A DNA stretch of 64,000 nt from Candidatus Omnitrophota bacterium (GCA_020632515.1 JACKFK010000004.1:68-64067); one strand, 5' to 3'; shown: positions 1-9,591, counted from the stretch's first letter. Made by a program: numbers and translations. Notes: generated by a model from the letters alone, not told the origin.

Positions 1-119
1 TGTGGCTATGTTGTATTGAATTCAAGTTTTAACCTTTTTTAAGCATATTCTCCATGTAAATTGTTATTTCATCTGTGTAATCCTTCATAATCCGTGTAAT
101 CTTATTTATTTTTTAAATT

Positions 120-1922
120 ATGAAAAATTATCTTAAAATGCTGCAGTTTTTAAAAGGACATGAACGACTTTTTGCTGTGGCCATTGTTATTATATTTTTT
201 AGCAGTTTTTTTGAAGTCTTTCAAATTGGTTTGGCGGTTCCTTTAGTGGATATTATTTTTACCGGTAAAGAAATTGTTGTCCCCAATGAAAATCTTCCGC
301 AATTTATCAAGAGTTTTGTCGCTTATTTAAATGATTTTAAGACTGACCGCGAGCGGGCGCTGATGTTGTTTCCGTTTGTGGCAATCTTTTTGATCATAAT
401 TAAGAATTTTCTTATATTTGCTTATTCCTTTGTCATGAGCGATATTTCCCAAAGGGTGATGCGCGATATCCGGTTTAAGCTTTATGAGAAAATTCAATCT
501 CTGTCTATGGATTATTTCAGCGAACGACGTACGGGAGAGTTGTCATCACGGATTACTTATGACGCCAATATAATTGAAAATGCCGTTTCTTATGGATTGA
601 TTGATTTATTTAAACAAACGTTTGTGATTATTGCTTGTATTTTGACGGTGTTTGCCATTTATCCTTTTGGAGCTTTATTAATTTTTATTTTTATTCCCCC
701 CATAGCTATTCCCATGAGCAGTATCGGTAAAAAATTAAAATCATTAACGGCTGGTCAGCAGGAAAAAATGGCGGATATCAATTCTCATTTATTGGAAACT
801 ATATCAGGTGTCAAGCTGGTGAAAGCCTTTTGTACGGAGAATTTCGAGATTAAGAAATTTGGCCGGCAGAATTATGAATTTTATAAATTAAAAATGAAAG
901 CGGTAAAGCGCTTGATTGTTATTTCTCCGATTACAGAAATATTTGCCAGTGCCTGCGCCTGCGTGATGCTTTGGTTTTTAGGGCAAAGGGTTTTAACAGA
1001 AGAATTATCGTTTGGTATTTTTGGTTTGTTTTTAGGTTCATTTATGACGATGATCAGCCCTATTAAGAAATTAGGTAATGTAAACGCGCTTATTCAATCT
1101 GCTTTATCGGCTAATGAACGGATTTATGAAGTCTTAGATGAACAAGCGTCTGTGGTTGAAAAGAAAGATGCTAAAAAAATCAAAGAATTAAGTAGTGGAA
1201 TAGTTTTAGAGCGAATTAGTTTTCATTATAAAGAAGAATCCGGTCAGGTATTAGATAACATTGATTTGGAAATTAAAAAAGGAGAGTTGGTGGCGATTGT
1301 GGGTCCTACCGGAACAGGGAAGTCTACCTTGGTTAATTTAGTTCCGCGTTTTTATGATCCAACCGCAGGACGGATATTAATTGATGGTGTGGATCTTAAA
1401 GAGGTTTCTTTTAATTCTTTACGCCGGCAGATGGGGATAGTAACGCAGGAGTCAATTCTTTTTAATGATACGGTCCGCAATAATATCGCTTATGGTTATC
1501 CGGAAGCATCCCAGAAGGAAATCGAAGAAGCTGCGCAACGGGCGTTCGCGCATCAATTCATCACAAAGATGCCGAAAGGATATGACACTATTATCGGCGA
1601 TCGAGGTTTTCGGTTATCCGGTGGAGAAAAACAGCGTATTTCAATTGCTCGGGCGATTTTAAAGAATCCTCCGATCCTTATATTAGATGAAGCCACGTCA
1701 CAGCTAGATTCTGAATCAGAGAAATATGTTCAAGAAGCGCTCGATTTGTTGATGCAGGGCCGCACGGTTATTGCCATCGCGCATCGATTATCCACAATTA
1801 AAAAAGCCAGTAAAATTGTGGTTTTAGAGCATGGAAAAATTGTTGGAATAGGGAAGCACAGTGAGTTATTGGAATCGTGCGCTCTTTATCAAAAATTACA
1901 TGGTATGCAGTTTCAAGCCTAA
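120..1922 (+). CDS. ABC exporter, fused permease/ATPase (MsbA-like lipid exporter family)
   Basis: 600-aa ORF. N-terminal multi-helix ABC type-1 membrane domain. C-terminal NBD with Walker A GPTGTGKST, signature LSGGEKQR and Walker B ILILDEATS. The MsbA label is family-level resemblance only. Confidence 0.85.
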   Translation: MKNYLKMLQFLKGHERLFAVAIVIIFFSSFFEVFQIGLAVPLVDIIFTGKEIVVPNENLPQFIKSFVAYLNDFKTDRERALMLFPFVAIFLIIIKNFLIFAYSFVMSDISQRVMRDIRFKLYEKIQSLSMDYFSERRTGELSSRITYDANIIENAVSYGLIDLFKQTFVIIACILTVFAIYPFGALLIFIFIPPIAIPMSSIGKKLKSLTAGQQEKMADINSHLLETISGVKLVKAFCTENFEIKKFGRQNYEFYKLKMKAVKRLIVISPITEIFASACACVMLWFLGQRVLTEELSFGIFGLFLGSFMTMISPIKKLGNVNALIQSALSANERIYEVLDEQASVVEKKDAKKIKELSSGIVLERISFHYKEESGQVLDNIDLEIKKGELVAIVGPTGTGKSTLVNLVPRFYDPTAGRILIDGVDLKEVSFNSLRRQMGIVTQESILFNDTVRNNIAYGYPEASQKEIEEAAQRAFAHQFITKMPKGYDTIIGDRGFRLSGGEKQRISIARAILKNPPILILDEATSQLDSESEKYVQEALDLLMQGRTVIAIAHRLSTIKKASKIVVLEHGKIVGIGKHSELLESCALYQKLHGMQFQA

Positions 1923-1992
1923 GAAGCAAAAAGAATTTGTGCGAGCGTTTAAAAGCAGGTTTTTTGATTTATAAATAGTATAAATAAAAGGG

Positions 1993-2021
1993 TTGAAAAA
2001 AAAAAGAATATTAGCTATACT
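1993..2021 (+). promoter_or_regulatory. sigma70-like promoter upstream of rpsB (TTGAAA-17 nt-TATACT)
   Basis: TTGAAA at 1993-1998, a hand-counted 17-nt spacer, TATACT at 2016-2021. This would give a leader of about 185 nt before the rpsB ATG at 2212. Confidence 0.45.
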
Positions 2022-2211
2022 ATCAAATCAATTTTAATTGTGTTCATTCAATTGAAGTATCTAGCTTGCATTGGTGATATTAATCAGACGGAAAATATAA
2101 ACTATTTTTCGGTCTAGTCGTGAAGAATAAAACCAAAAATCATCTTCAAAATAAAATGGAAAAGATGATAGGCTTTGCGGCTGAATAACAAGAATCAAAA
2201 ACGGAGGAAGA

Positions 2212-3006
2212 ATGGTTGACGAATTAATTAAGAAGTTATTGGAATCAGGTGTTCATTTCGGGCATCAAACTCAGCGTTGGAATCCTAAAATGAAGAAATT
2301 CATTTTTGGTCAAAGAAGTGGGATCTACATTATTGATCTTGAGAAAACAGTAGCGTGTTTAGCAAAAGCGCAAGAATTTGTTAGAGATATCACGGCTAAA
2401 GGCGGACGAATTTTGTTTGTTGGAACAAAGAAACAAGCTCAGCCTATTGTAGAAGAAGAAGCTAAGAAATCTGATATGTATTATGTCAAAAATCGCTGGT
2501 TAGGCGGGTTACTTACAAATTTTCAAACAGTTCGTAAATCCATTGATCGGCTTAAGACGATTGAAGATATGAGCAAGAATGGTATTTGGGAGAATTTAAA
2601 GAAGAAAGAGATTGCTCGATTAACAAAAGAAAAAGAACGTTTACTTCGTGATTTAGACGGTATCCGTAATATGAAGGAACATCCGCAGGCTATATTTATT
2701 GTTGACCCGAAGAAAGAAGAGATCGCAATTAAGGAAGCAACTAAATTGGGTATTCCTATTGTGGGTTTGGTTGATACAAATAGTGATCCAGATCTTTTAG
2801 ATTTTCCTATTCCCGGAAACGACGATGCCTTGAAATCAATACGTTTTATTACTTCATTAGTTGCGGAGAGTGTTCGCGAAGGACGAAAAGACTTTTTATC
2901 TAGTGAAACAGTGAAGCGGCCAACGCAGGAAGCATCTGATAAATCAGCAAAAACAGATGATTCCAGTCCGGCAGAAGAATCTCCTGCAGCGGAACAGTCC
3001 TCATAA
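2212..3006 (+). CDS. rpsB: 30S ribosomal protein S2
   Basis: 264 aa. S2 N-terminal signature LLESGVHFGHQTQRWNPKM. GGAGGA Shine-Dalgarno just upstream. rpsB-tsf-pyrH-frr synteny. Acidic Ser/Pro-rich C-terminal tail. Confidence 0.97.
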   Translation: MVDELIKKLLESGVHFGHQTQRWNPKMKKFIFGQRSGIYIIDLEKTVACLAKAQEFVRDITAKGGRILFVGTKKQAQPIVEEEAKKSDMYYVKNRWLGGLLTNFQTVRKSIDRLKTIEDMSKNGIWENLKKKEIARLTKEKERLLRDLDGIRNMKEHPQAIFIVDPKKEEIAIKEATKLGIPIVGLVDTNSDPDLLDFPIPGNDDALKSIRFITSLVAESVREGRKDFLSSETVKRPTQEASDKSAKTDDSSPAEESPAAEQSS

Positions 3007-3051
3007 GGGAAGTATAGGTTTAATTCAAATTTAAGAAGAAAGGTTTGTCAG

Positions 3052-3582
3052 ATGGAAATCTCTGTTGATATTATTAAGGAATTGCGTGAATTAACTTCAT
3101 GCGGTGTTATTGAATGCAAAAAAGCCTTAGAAGAAGCGGGTGGTGATATTAATAAAGCAAAGCAGATTTTACAAAAACGCGGCTTAGAATTAGCAGCTAA
3201 AAAAGGAAGCCGTGCGGCTAAAGAAGGACGTGTGGAAAGTTATGTTCATCAAGGATCTAAAATCGGTGTTTTGGTCGAGGTAAATTGTGAAACAGATTTT
3301 GTGGCGCAAAATGATGATTTTGCCAGATTTTCACGTGATGTGGCGATGCATATTGCCGCGGCTAATCCGCAATATGTCCGTAAGGAAGATGTTCCGGAAG
3401 AGCGTTTAAAAGAGGAAAAAAATCCTGACGCGTTTTGTAAAGAAGCATGTTTAATGGAGCAAGCATTTATAAAGGATCCAAGTAAATCTATTCAAGATTG
3501 TTTGAATTTGATGATTGCTAGTATCGGAGAAAATATTTCTATAAGCCGCTTTACTCGTTATAAAGTAAATGAGTCTAATTAA
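3052..3582 (+). CDS. tsf: elongation factor Ts (short form, 176 aa)
   Basis: N-terminal UBA-like EF-Ts motif [29 protein letters not shown] and core motif [11 protein letters not shown]. Directly follows rpsB. Clearly shorter than the roughly 280-aa E. coli type. Confidence 0.9.
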   Translation: MEISVDIIKELRELTSCGVIECKKALEEAGGDINKAKQILQKRGLELAAKKGSRAAKEGRVESYVHQGSKIGVLVEVNCETDFVAQNDDFARFSRDVAMHIAAANPQYVRKEDVPEERLKEEKNPDAFCKEACLMEQAFIKDPSKSIQDCLNLMIASIGENISISRFTRYKVNESN

Positions 3583-4297
3583 GAAAAAACCGATTTATAA
3601 GAGAATCCTTTTAAAGCTAAGCGGCGAGGCTTTATTGGGAAATCAAGAGCATGGAATTGACGCGGAATTATGCGCGAATTTAGCCGCTCAAGTAAAAGAA
3701 GTTCATTCTCTAGGTGTAAAAATTTGTTTAGTTGTTGGCGGAGGAAATATCTTCCGCGGACAAGTGGCTTCAAAGCGATTTGGATTAGAGCGTTCTGTTG
3801 CTGATTATATGGGGATGTTGGCTACCGTTCTAAATGGATTAGCCTTACAAAACGCGTTAGAACAAAATGGAATTGCAACTCGGGTTATGACAGCTATTGA
3901 AATGGCTGCTATTGCTGAACCCTATATTCGTCGGCGAGCGATACGGCATTTAGAAAAAGACCGGGTTGTTATTTTTGTGGCTGGTACAGGGAATCCTTAT
4001 TTTACAACAGATACTGCAGCGGCGTTACGAGCTAAAGAAGTCGGCGCGGATGTGATTCTTAAAGCAACAAAAGTAGATGGTGTTTATTCCGCAGATCCTG
4101 TTATTGATAAAACCGCTACAAAGTTTAAAGAATTAAAATATATTGATGTCTTAAACCGAAATTTAAAAGTAATGGATTCTACGGCCATTAGTATGTGCAT
4201 GGATCATGAAATGCCTATTGTTGTTTTTAATTTGTTGCAAGAAGGTAATATTAAGAAAGTTGTCTTAGGGGAAGAGATTGGCACAACAGTTAAATAG
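3569..4297 (+). CDS. pyrH: UMP kinase
   Basis: 242 aa. Amino-acid-kinase fold motifs [18 protein letters not shown] and [16 protein letters not shown]. Overlaps the tsf end by 14 nt. Confidence 0.95.
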   Translation: MSLIKKKPIYKRILLKLSGEALLGNQEHGIDAELCANLAAQVKEVHSLGVKICLVVGGGNIFRGQVASKRFGLERSVADYMGMLATVLNGLALQNALEQNGIATRVMTAIEMAAIAEPYIRRRAIRHLEKDRVVIFVAGTGNPYFTTDTAAALRAKEVGADVILKATKVDGVYSADPVIDKTATKFKELKYIDVLNRNLKVMDSTAISMCMDHEMPIVVFNLLQEGNIKKVVLGEEIGTTVK

Positions 4298-4358
4298 ATT
4301 TTTATGCGATGAATTCAGAATATAAAAATTCCAAGTTGTTAAACAATGAGGTGGTTAA

Positions 4359-4916
4359 ATGATAGCCAAGCAATTTATTCAAGAAACTGAAAGTAAGATG
4401 AAAAAATCTGTGGAATCTGCCAGACGGGAATTCTCTGAGGTAAGAACCGGCCGGGCGCATCCAGGATTAATTGAAGGATTGCATGTTGAGTATTATGGAA
4501 AACCAACCATGTTTAAAGAAGTTGCTTCTATAACGGTTCCGGATCCACGAACTGTTGTGATTCAACCATGGGACCCGACAGTTATCCCTGAGATTGAAAA
4601 AGCGATTTTAAACTCGAAATTAGGCATTAATCCAACCATTGATGGAAAGCTTGTTCGTTTAAATATCCCGCCGCTTTCAGATGAGCGTCGACAGGAACTT
4701 ATTAAAGTGGTAAAAGATATGGCGGAAAAGGCAAAGGTTTCTTTGCGGTCTATCCGTCGAGAATCAAATGATAAGATTAAAAAAATGCAGTCAGATAAAC
4801 AGGTTTCTGAAGATGAAAGTTTTAAGGCGCAAGAAAGTATTCAGAAACTAACTGACAAATATATCAAAGAAGTGGATGTCCTTTTAGAAGAAAAAAGCAA
4901 AGCGTTGATGTCTTAA
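4359..4916 (+). CDS. frr: ribosome recycling factor
   Basis: 185 aa. RRF-typical VRTGRAHPGLIEGLHVEYYG and IPPLSDERRQELIK. Conserved synteny after pyrH. Confidence 0.95.
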   Translation: MIAKQFIQETESKMKKSVESARREFSEVRTGRAHPGLIEGLHVEYYGKPTMFKEVASITVPDPRTVVIQPWDPTVIPEIEKAILNSKLGINPTIDGKLVRLNIPPLSDERRQELIKVVKDMAEKAKVSLRSIRRESNDKIKKMQSDKQVSEDESFKAQESIQKLTDKYIKEVDVLLEEKSKALMS

Positions 4917-4946
4917 GGGGTTGTTCTGTGAAATATAAAAAATTTT

Positions 4947-5019
4947 GACCCACTAGCTCATCCGGTAGAGCACAGCCCTTTTAAGGCTGGTGTGCCGCGT
5001 TCGAGTCGCGGGTGGGTCA
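4947..5019 (+). tRNA. tRNA-Lys (anticodon UUU)
   Basis: Hand-folded cloverleaf: acceptor GACCCAC/GTGGGTC, D arm GCTC..GAGC, anticodon stem CAGCC/GGCTG with loop CTTTTAA, T arm CCGCG-TTCGAGT-CGCGG, discriminator A. No encoded CCA. Confidence 0.9.
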
Positions 5020-5029
5020 TTCTTTAGAG

Positions 5030-5189
5030 CTAAGTGGTAAGTACCAAGTGATTAGTCTTCAGGAAAAAATCAAGAAAATAGAATTTAGAGACTTAATTTA
5101 AAAGATTTTTTTTAAATTTGTTGGGTTTTTGAATCATATTTTAAGTATTTTTACCTTATGATGCTTTGATCTTAGTACTTACCACTTAG
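5030..5189. repeat. 15-bp perfect inverted repeat (CTAAGTGGTAAGTAC / GTACTTACCACTTAG) enclosing about 130 nt between tRNA-Lys and tRNA-Leu
   Basis: 5030-5044 is the exact reverse complement of 5175-5189. The pairing extends 3 more bp after one mismatch (5046-5048 with 5171-5173). The interior is AT-rich with a 9-bp AATTTAAAA/TTTTAAATT hairpin. Confidence 0.7.
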
Positions 5190-5212
5190 AATTTAGGCTT
5201 TAGAATCAATTT

Positions 5213-5294
5213 GCCCCGCTGGCGGAATTGGTAGACGCGCTAGTCTTAGGAACTAGTGGAGTAATCCGTGGGGGTTCAAGTCCCTCGCGGGGCA
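5213..5294 (+). tRNA. tRNA-Leu (anticodon UAG), long variable arm
   Basis: Acceptor GCCCCGC/GCGGGGC, D region GGCGGAATTGGTAGACGC typical of tRNA-Leu, anticodon stem CTAGT/ACTAG with loop CTTAGGA, long variable arm, T loop GGGGG-TTCAAGT-CCCTC. No encoded CCA. Confidence 0.9.
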
Positions 5295-5442
5295 CTTATA
5301 GTGCGTAATTTTAAGAAATAATTTTGAGGATATAAGTTAGGCATTGTTAGCGTAAGATATTAGATTTTTGATAATTTTATTTTTTGATATTCTAAGTCGA
5401 AGTTTTATTTATAGCTAGGAAGTTAGATCTTTCAACTTTTAT

Positions 5443-5516
5443 GCGGCGGTAATTCAGTTGGCTAGAATGCCACCTTGCCAAGGTGGATGTCGTGGGTTCA
5501 AATCCCATCCGCCGCT
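5443..5516 (+). tRNA. tRNA-Gly (anticodon GCC)
   Basis: Acceptor GCGGCGG/CCGCCGC, D arm ATTC..GAAT, anticodon stem CCACC/GGTGG with loop TTGCCAA, T arm GTGGG-TTCAAAT-CCCAT. 74 nt, no encoded CCA. Confidence 0.9.
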
Positions 5517-5564
5517 TAATTCTTAATAGATTGTTTAGGATTTATTATTTGTTTTTTTGGAAAT

Positions 5565-5614
5565 AGCCCAGCTTCAAATTTTCTATATTTTTATAGGAAA
5601 GTTGGGGCTGGGCT
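5565..5614 (+). terminator. possible terminator hairpin after the tRNA cluster
   Basis: AGCCCAGC (5565-5572) pairs with GCTGGGCT (5607-5614), with imperfect inner pairing. The downstream T tract is weak (TTTATAC). Confidence 0.3.
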
Positions 5615-5680
5615 TTATACTATACTTATAAATCAAGTCAAATTGTGAACAGTTTATTATATGAGAAGGAGGAGTAGTTC

Positions 5681-6157
5681 ATGAAGATTAGTGATTTCCT
5701 TTGTGAAAAAGCAACAACCGCTAATCTAACCGGAAAAAGCAAGGAAGAGGTCATCCAGGAAATGGTCGATTTGCTTGTAAAAGCAGGGGAGATAGATAAG
5801 AAATTCAAAAAGAAAATATTTGAAGCGTTAATGGCTCGGGAAGCGTTGGGGTCAACGGCAATCGGTCAGGGGATTGCCATTCCGCATGCCAAATATGAAT
5901 CAGTGAAAAAGTTGGTTGGTTGTTTAGGGGTTAGTAAAGATGGGATCAATTTTGATTCATTAGACGGTGAACCTGCCTATATTTTCTTCCTGCTTGTTGC
6001 CCCGGTTGATTCAGCGGGTCCGCACCTTAAAGCTCTTGCTCGAATTTCCCGTCTATTAAAGGATAAGTTTATCCGAGAGAGTTTAAAAAATGCTACTGAT
6101 GAAACTTTTATCTTAAAGATCGTTCATCAGGAAGACGATCGTTTGTCAAAATTATAA
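5681..6157 (+). CDS. ptsN: PTS EIIA type-2 protein (PtsN / EIIA-Ntr-like)
   Basis: 158 aa. EIIA-2 fold with the phosphorylatable His in GQGIAIPHAK. AAGGAGGAG Shine-Dalgarno. No attached EIIB/C domains. Confidence 0.8.
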   Translation: MKISDFLCEKATTANLTGKSKEEVIQEMVDLLVKAGEIDKKFKKKIFEALMAREALGSTAIGQGIAIPHAKYESVKKLVGCLGVSKDGINFDSLDGEPAYIFFLLVAPVDSAGPHLKALARISRLLKDKFIRESLKNATDETFILKIVHQEDDRLSKL

Positions 6158-7410
6158 TGATTTCAAAAACAAATAAAAACCCATTAAAGTGGCTGTATCC
6201 AGGCATGAAGATAAAGCGCTGGCTTTTTACAGCGCTTTTGGGTGTAATCATTGTCAGTATTGGCGCTGTATTAGCTGCGGAACCGTATACATTTGTCAGC
6301 ACCTTAGGAATTATATGGATTCTCTGCGGGATGATTTTAATTGTCCTTGGGATGGGGAAGATGATTGTGTCGCTTCTGACGTTGTTTCTACCAGAAGGGG
6401 AGCGGGGACTAGTCAACATTCTTTATCAACGGGCTTATTTAGATCGTGGACCTAAAATCACTGTTATCGGCGGCGGACATGGATTGTCGCATTTAATTTT
6501 TGGTTTAAAAGAATATACAGCTAACATCACAGCCATTGTAACCGTGGCTGACAGCGGCGGATCGTCAGGGCGTTTGCGCGAAGAGTTTAATATTGTAGCT
6601 CCGGGAGATATTCGTAACTGTTTAGTTGCGTTGGCTGATGCTCCGGCATTGATGGGAGAGTTATTCCAATTTCGATTCTCAAAGGAATCTGAATTAAAAG
6701 GACATAATTTCGGAAATTTATTTCTTACAGCGATGGTGCAGTTGACTGATGGAGACTTTGAACGCGCGGTTAAGGAAACCAGTAAGGTTCTGGCTATTCG
6801 GGGAAAAGTTGTTCCTTCAACAATAAGTAATGTGCATTTGATAGCTGAATATACTGATGGAACTAAAACAGAGGGAGAAGCACAGATTCCGAATCCGAAT
6901 GCACGGATTAAACATCTTTATTTGACTGATAAAGACGCTTTCCCGACGAAAGATGCATTGGCTGCAATTGAAGATGCGGAAGTGATTGTTTTAGGTCCAG
7001 GCAGTTTGTATACCAGTGTTATTCCGAATCTGATTATTAAAGGCATGAGTGAAGCCATCGCGAAATCAAACGCGTATAAAATTTATATATGCAATGTGAT
7101 GACTCAGCATGGTGAAACCGATGGTTACTCGGCGAGTGATCATGTGCGTGCAATCATTGAACATTCCAATAAAGATGTTATTGACGCGTGCTTAATTAAT
7201 AATGCTAAAGCGCCTTCTGACGCCCTGGGCCGCTATCAGCATGAACAGTCTTTTCCTGTTTTAGCGGATGTCGATAAAATACGTGAAATGGGATACAGCG
7301 TGGAAGCTATCGATTTACTGGGGGTAACGGATTATGTACGGCATGATTCAAAGAAATTACATAATGCGTTGATTAAATTAATTGAATCAAATCGGGTGAT
7401 AAAACGTTAA
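6157..7410 (+). CDS. YvcK/CofD-family (UPF0052) protein with extra N-terminal two-helix membrane segment
   Basis: 417 aa. Core motifs ITVIGGGHGLS, VADSGGSSGRLR and VLGPGSLYTSVIPNL. Residues about 20-80 form two hydrophobic helices. The start overlaps the ptsN stop (TAATG). Confidence 0.85.
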   Translation: MISKTNKNPLKWLYPGMKIKRWLFTALLGVIIVSIGAVLAAEPYTFVSTLGIIWILCGMILIVLGMGKMIVSLLTLFLPEGERGLVNILYQRAYLDRGPKITVIGGGHGLSHLIFGLKEYTANITAIVTVADSGGSSGRLREEFNIVAPGDIRNCLVALADAPALMGELFQFRFSKESELKGHNFGNLFLTAMVQLTDGDFERAVKETSKVLAIRGKVVPSTISNVHLIAEYTDGTKTEGEAQIPNPNARIKHLYLTDKDAFPTKDALAAIEDAEVIVLGPGSLYTSVIPNLIIKGMSEAIAKSNAYKIYICNVMTQHGETDGYSASDHVRAIIEHSNKDVIDACLINNAKAPSDALGRYQHEQSFPVLADVDKIREMGYSVEAIDLLGVTDYVRHDSKKLHNALIKLIESNRVIKR

Positions 7411-7504
7411 TTAAAAGATGTACTGCATTTTTAGATTTTAAAATATATGATTTATTGAAACAGAAATAAAGAGACCTTAATTATTATTTTTTATCTATTT
7501 GACT

Positions 7505-7777
7505 ATGCCACGGTTAATAAAAGAGATTATTATTAAAAGTCCTCAGGGTTTACATGCCCGTCCCGCGGCTTTAGTTGTTCAATTGATATCCAAATACAAC
7601 TCAGAAGTGACCTTTCAGAAAGATGATCATAAAATAAATGCGAAATCGATTATGGGGATTTTGACGTTGGGGGCGCATCAAAACACAAAACTTCTTGTTG
7701 AAGTTGATGGCGATGACGCGCAAAAAGTGATTGATGAATTAGAATGTTTATTAGGAAAAGATAATGTCGGTGAATGA
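7505..7777 (+). CDS. ptsH: phosphocarrier protein HPr
   Basis: GLHARPAA (His-15 site) and KSIMGILTLGA (Ser-46 region). The ORF track starts at TTG 7499. ATG 7505 places the active His closer to its canonical position. Confidence 0.9.
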   Translation: MPRLIKEIIIKSPQGLHARPAALVVQLISKYNSEVTFQKDDHKINAKSIMGILTLGAHQNTKLLVEVDGDDAQKVIDELECLLGKDNVGE

Positions 7778-9545
7778 AATTATTTTAAAAGGTGTTCCAG
7801 CCGCGCCAGGTATAGCATATGGCTCAGCGTTTATTCTGGATAAACAGGATTTTATTGTTCCTCCTCGGGCAATAATGGAAAACGAAATTCCTATTGAAAT
7901 TGCCCGTTTTGAGGAGGCCCTGGTTAAAACAAAAGAAGAAATAGCAAAGATTCAACAGAAAATAAGTACGGAAATGCAAATTTCGCAGGCGCAGATTTTT
8001 GAAGCGCATTTATTGGTTTTAGAAGACCGTACACTGATTGAAGAGGTTATTAAGCGGATCCGCAAAGAAAAGTTATCCGCGGAATATATTTTTTCTGAAG
8101 TTCTTAAGAAATATGTAAAGATTTTTTCAAATATTGAGGATGATTATTTGCGTGAACGGGTAAGTGATGTTAACGATGTTGGCCGCAGATTGTTAAAGAA
8201 TTTAATGGATGAAACAAAAATGCATGAGTTTGACAGCATTACGGAAGAATTAATTATTATCAGTCATGACTTATCTCCTTCTGATACGGCTAGTATGTAC
8301 AATAAAAATATCATTGCATTTGCGACTGATATTGGAGGAAAAACATCGCATTCTACGATTATGGCGAAATCTTTGGGGATCCCCGCGGTTGTGGGATTAA
8401 AAGACGCGACTTTGCGGATTCGAAATCAAGATACTTTGATTGTTGACGGGCGAGAAGGTTTGATTATTATTCATCCAACGGAAGAGACAAAAAAACATTA
8501 CATTGATTTACGCAGCCGTATTTTAAAATTTCAGGATCAATTCCAATCTGTAAAAGATTTGGCGTGTGAAACTACTGACGGCAAGAAAATTAATTTATTA
8601 GCTAATTTAGAATTACCTGAAGAAATTCCTTCTATTATAAAACATGGAGCTAATGGAATCGGATTATATCGCACGGAATTCTTTTATATGAACCGCGTTG
8701 ATCTTCCTTCAGAAGAGGAACAGTTTGAAGCCTATAAACAAGTGGCTCAGGCGATGGCGCCGAATATTGTGACTATCCGTAGCCTTGATTTAGGCGGAGA
8801 TAAATTTATTTCAAGTCTACAGATCCCTAGGGATATGTATCCGTTTTTAGGCTGGCGGGCAATCCGTTTTTGTTTAGCCCGACCAGATATCTTTAAGACG
8901 CAATTAAGAGCGATCTTAAGGGCTTCAGCTTTTGGTAATATCCGGCTAATGTACCCAATGATTATTGGTCCGGATGATCTTCGCCGGGCAAATGCGATTT
9001 TATATGAAGTGAAAACAAGTTTACGTGATGAAAAAATTCCATTTAACGAAGATATTAAAGTCGGAGCGATGATCGAAGTCCCGTCAGCAGCTGTCACAGC
9101 GGACCTTTTGGCAAAAGAAGCTGATTTTTTTAGTATCGGGACTAATGATTTGATTCAATATATGTTGGCCGTTGACAGGGTCAGTGAACAAACTGCGGAA
9201 CTTTATGATCCAGGACATCCGTCGATATTGCGCGTTATTAAGAATACGATAGACGCGGCGCATAAGGCGAATATCCCGGTCGGGTTATGCGGGGAAATGT
9301 CGAGTGAACCTAGCTTTGCTTTAATCCTTTTAGGAATGAATATTGATGATTTGAGTATGTCTGCATTAAGCATCCTACAGATTAAGAAATTGATCCGCAG
9401 TGTCAGCTTTGAATCGGCTAAAAAAGTTGCGGAAGAAGTTTTACAGTTGGCGACAGGTCAGGAAGTTGATGAAATTAGCCGTATGCGGTTAAGAGAACTC
9501 GCGCCTGATGTTGTTACAATGAAAAATGATGAAAAGAATGGTTAA
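7764..9545 (+). CDS. ptsI: phosphoenolpyruvate-protein phosphotransferase (PTS Enzyme I)
   Basis: 593 aa. Phospho-His region GGKTSHSTIMAKSLGIPAVVG. PEP-utilising C-terminal barrel with GTNDLIQY and LCGEMS. Overlaps the ptsH end by 14 nt. Confidence 0.95.
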   Translation: MSVNEIILKGVPAAPGIAYGSAFILDKQDFIVPPRAIMENEIPIEIARFEEALVKTKEEIAKIQQKISTEMQISQAQIFEAHLLVLEDRTLIEEVIKRIRKEKLSAEYIFSEVLKKYVKIFSNIEDDYLRERVSDVNDVGRRLLKNLMDETKMHEFDSITEELIIISHDLSPSDTASMYNKNIIAFATDIGGKTSHSTIMAKSLGIPAVVGLKDATLRIRNQDTLIVDGREGLIIIHPTEETKKHYIDLRSRILKFQDQFQSVKDLACETTDGKKINLLANLELPEEIPSIIKHGANGIGLYRTEFFYMNRVDLPSEEEQFEAYKQVAQAMAPNIVTIRSLDLGGDKFISSLQIPRDMYPFLGWRAIRFCLARPDIFKTQLRAILRASAFGNIRLMYPMIIGPDDLRRANAILYEVKTSLRDEKIPFNEDIKVGAMIEVPSAAVTADLLAKEADFFSIGTNDLIQYMLAVDRVSEQTAELYDPGHPSILRVIKNTIDAAHKANIPVGLCGEMSSEPSFALILLGMNIDDLSMSALSILQIKKLIRSVSFESAKKVAEEVLQLATGQEVDEISRMRLRELAPDVVTMKNDEKNG

Positions 9546-9563
9546 GTAGAATAATGTTTCTAA

Positions 9564-9591
9564 GCGTGTTTTAGAAAATTACGCGCGTTTT
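9564..9591 (+). terminator. possible rho-independent terminator after ptsI
   Basis: 6-bp stem GCGTGT (9564-9569) / ACGCGC (9581-9586, one G-U pair), 11-nt loop, then GTTTTG. Nested inside an outer 8-bp AT stem (9548-9555 with 9594-9601). Confidence 0.4.

Noticed and set aside
75-101. Direct repeat GTGTAATC (75-82 and 94-101) just upstream of the ABC exporter gene, considered as a regulator binding site.
   Set aside because: The repeat is only 8 bp in AT-rich sequence at the window edge. No convincing promoter geometry surrounds it, and the upstream context is missing.
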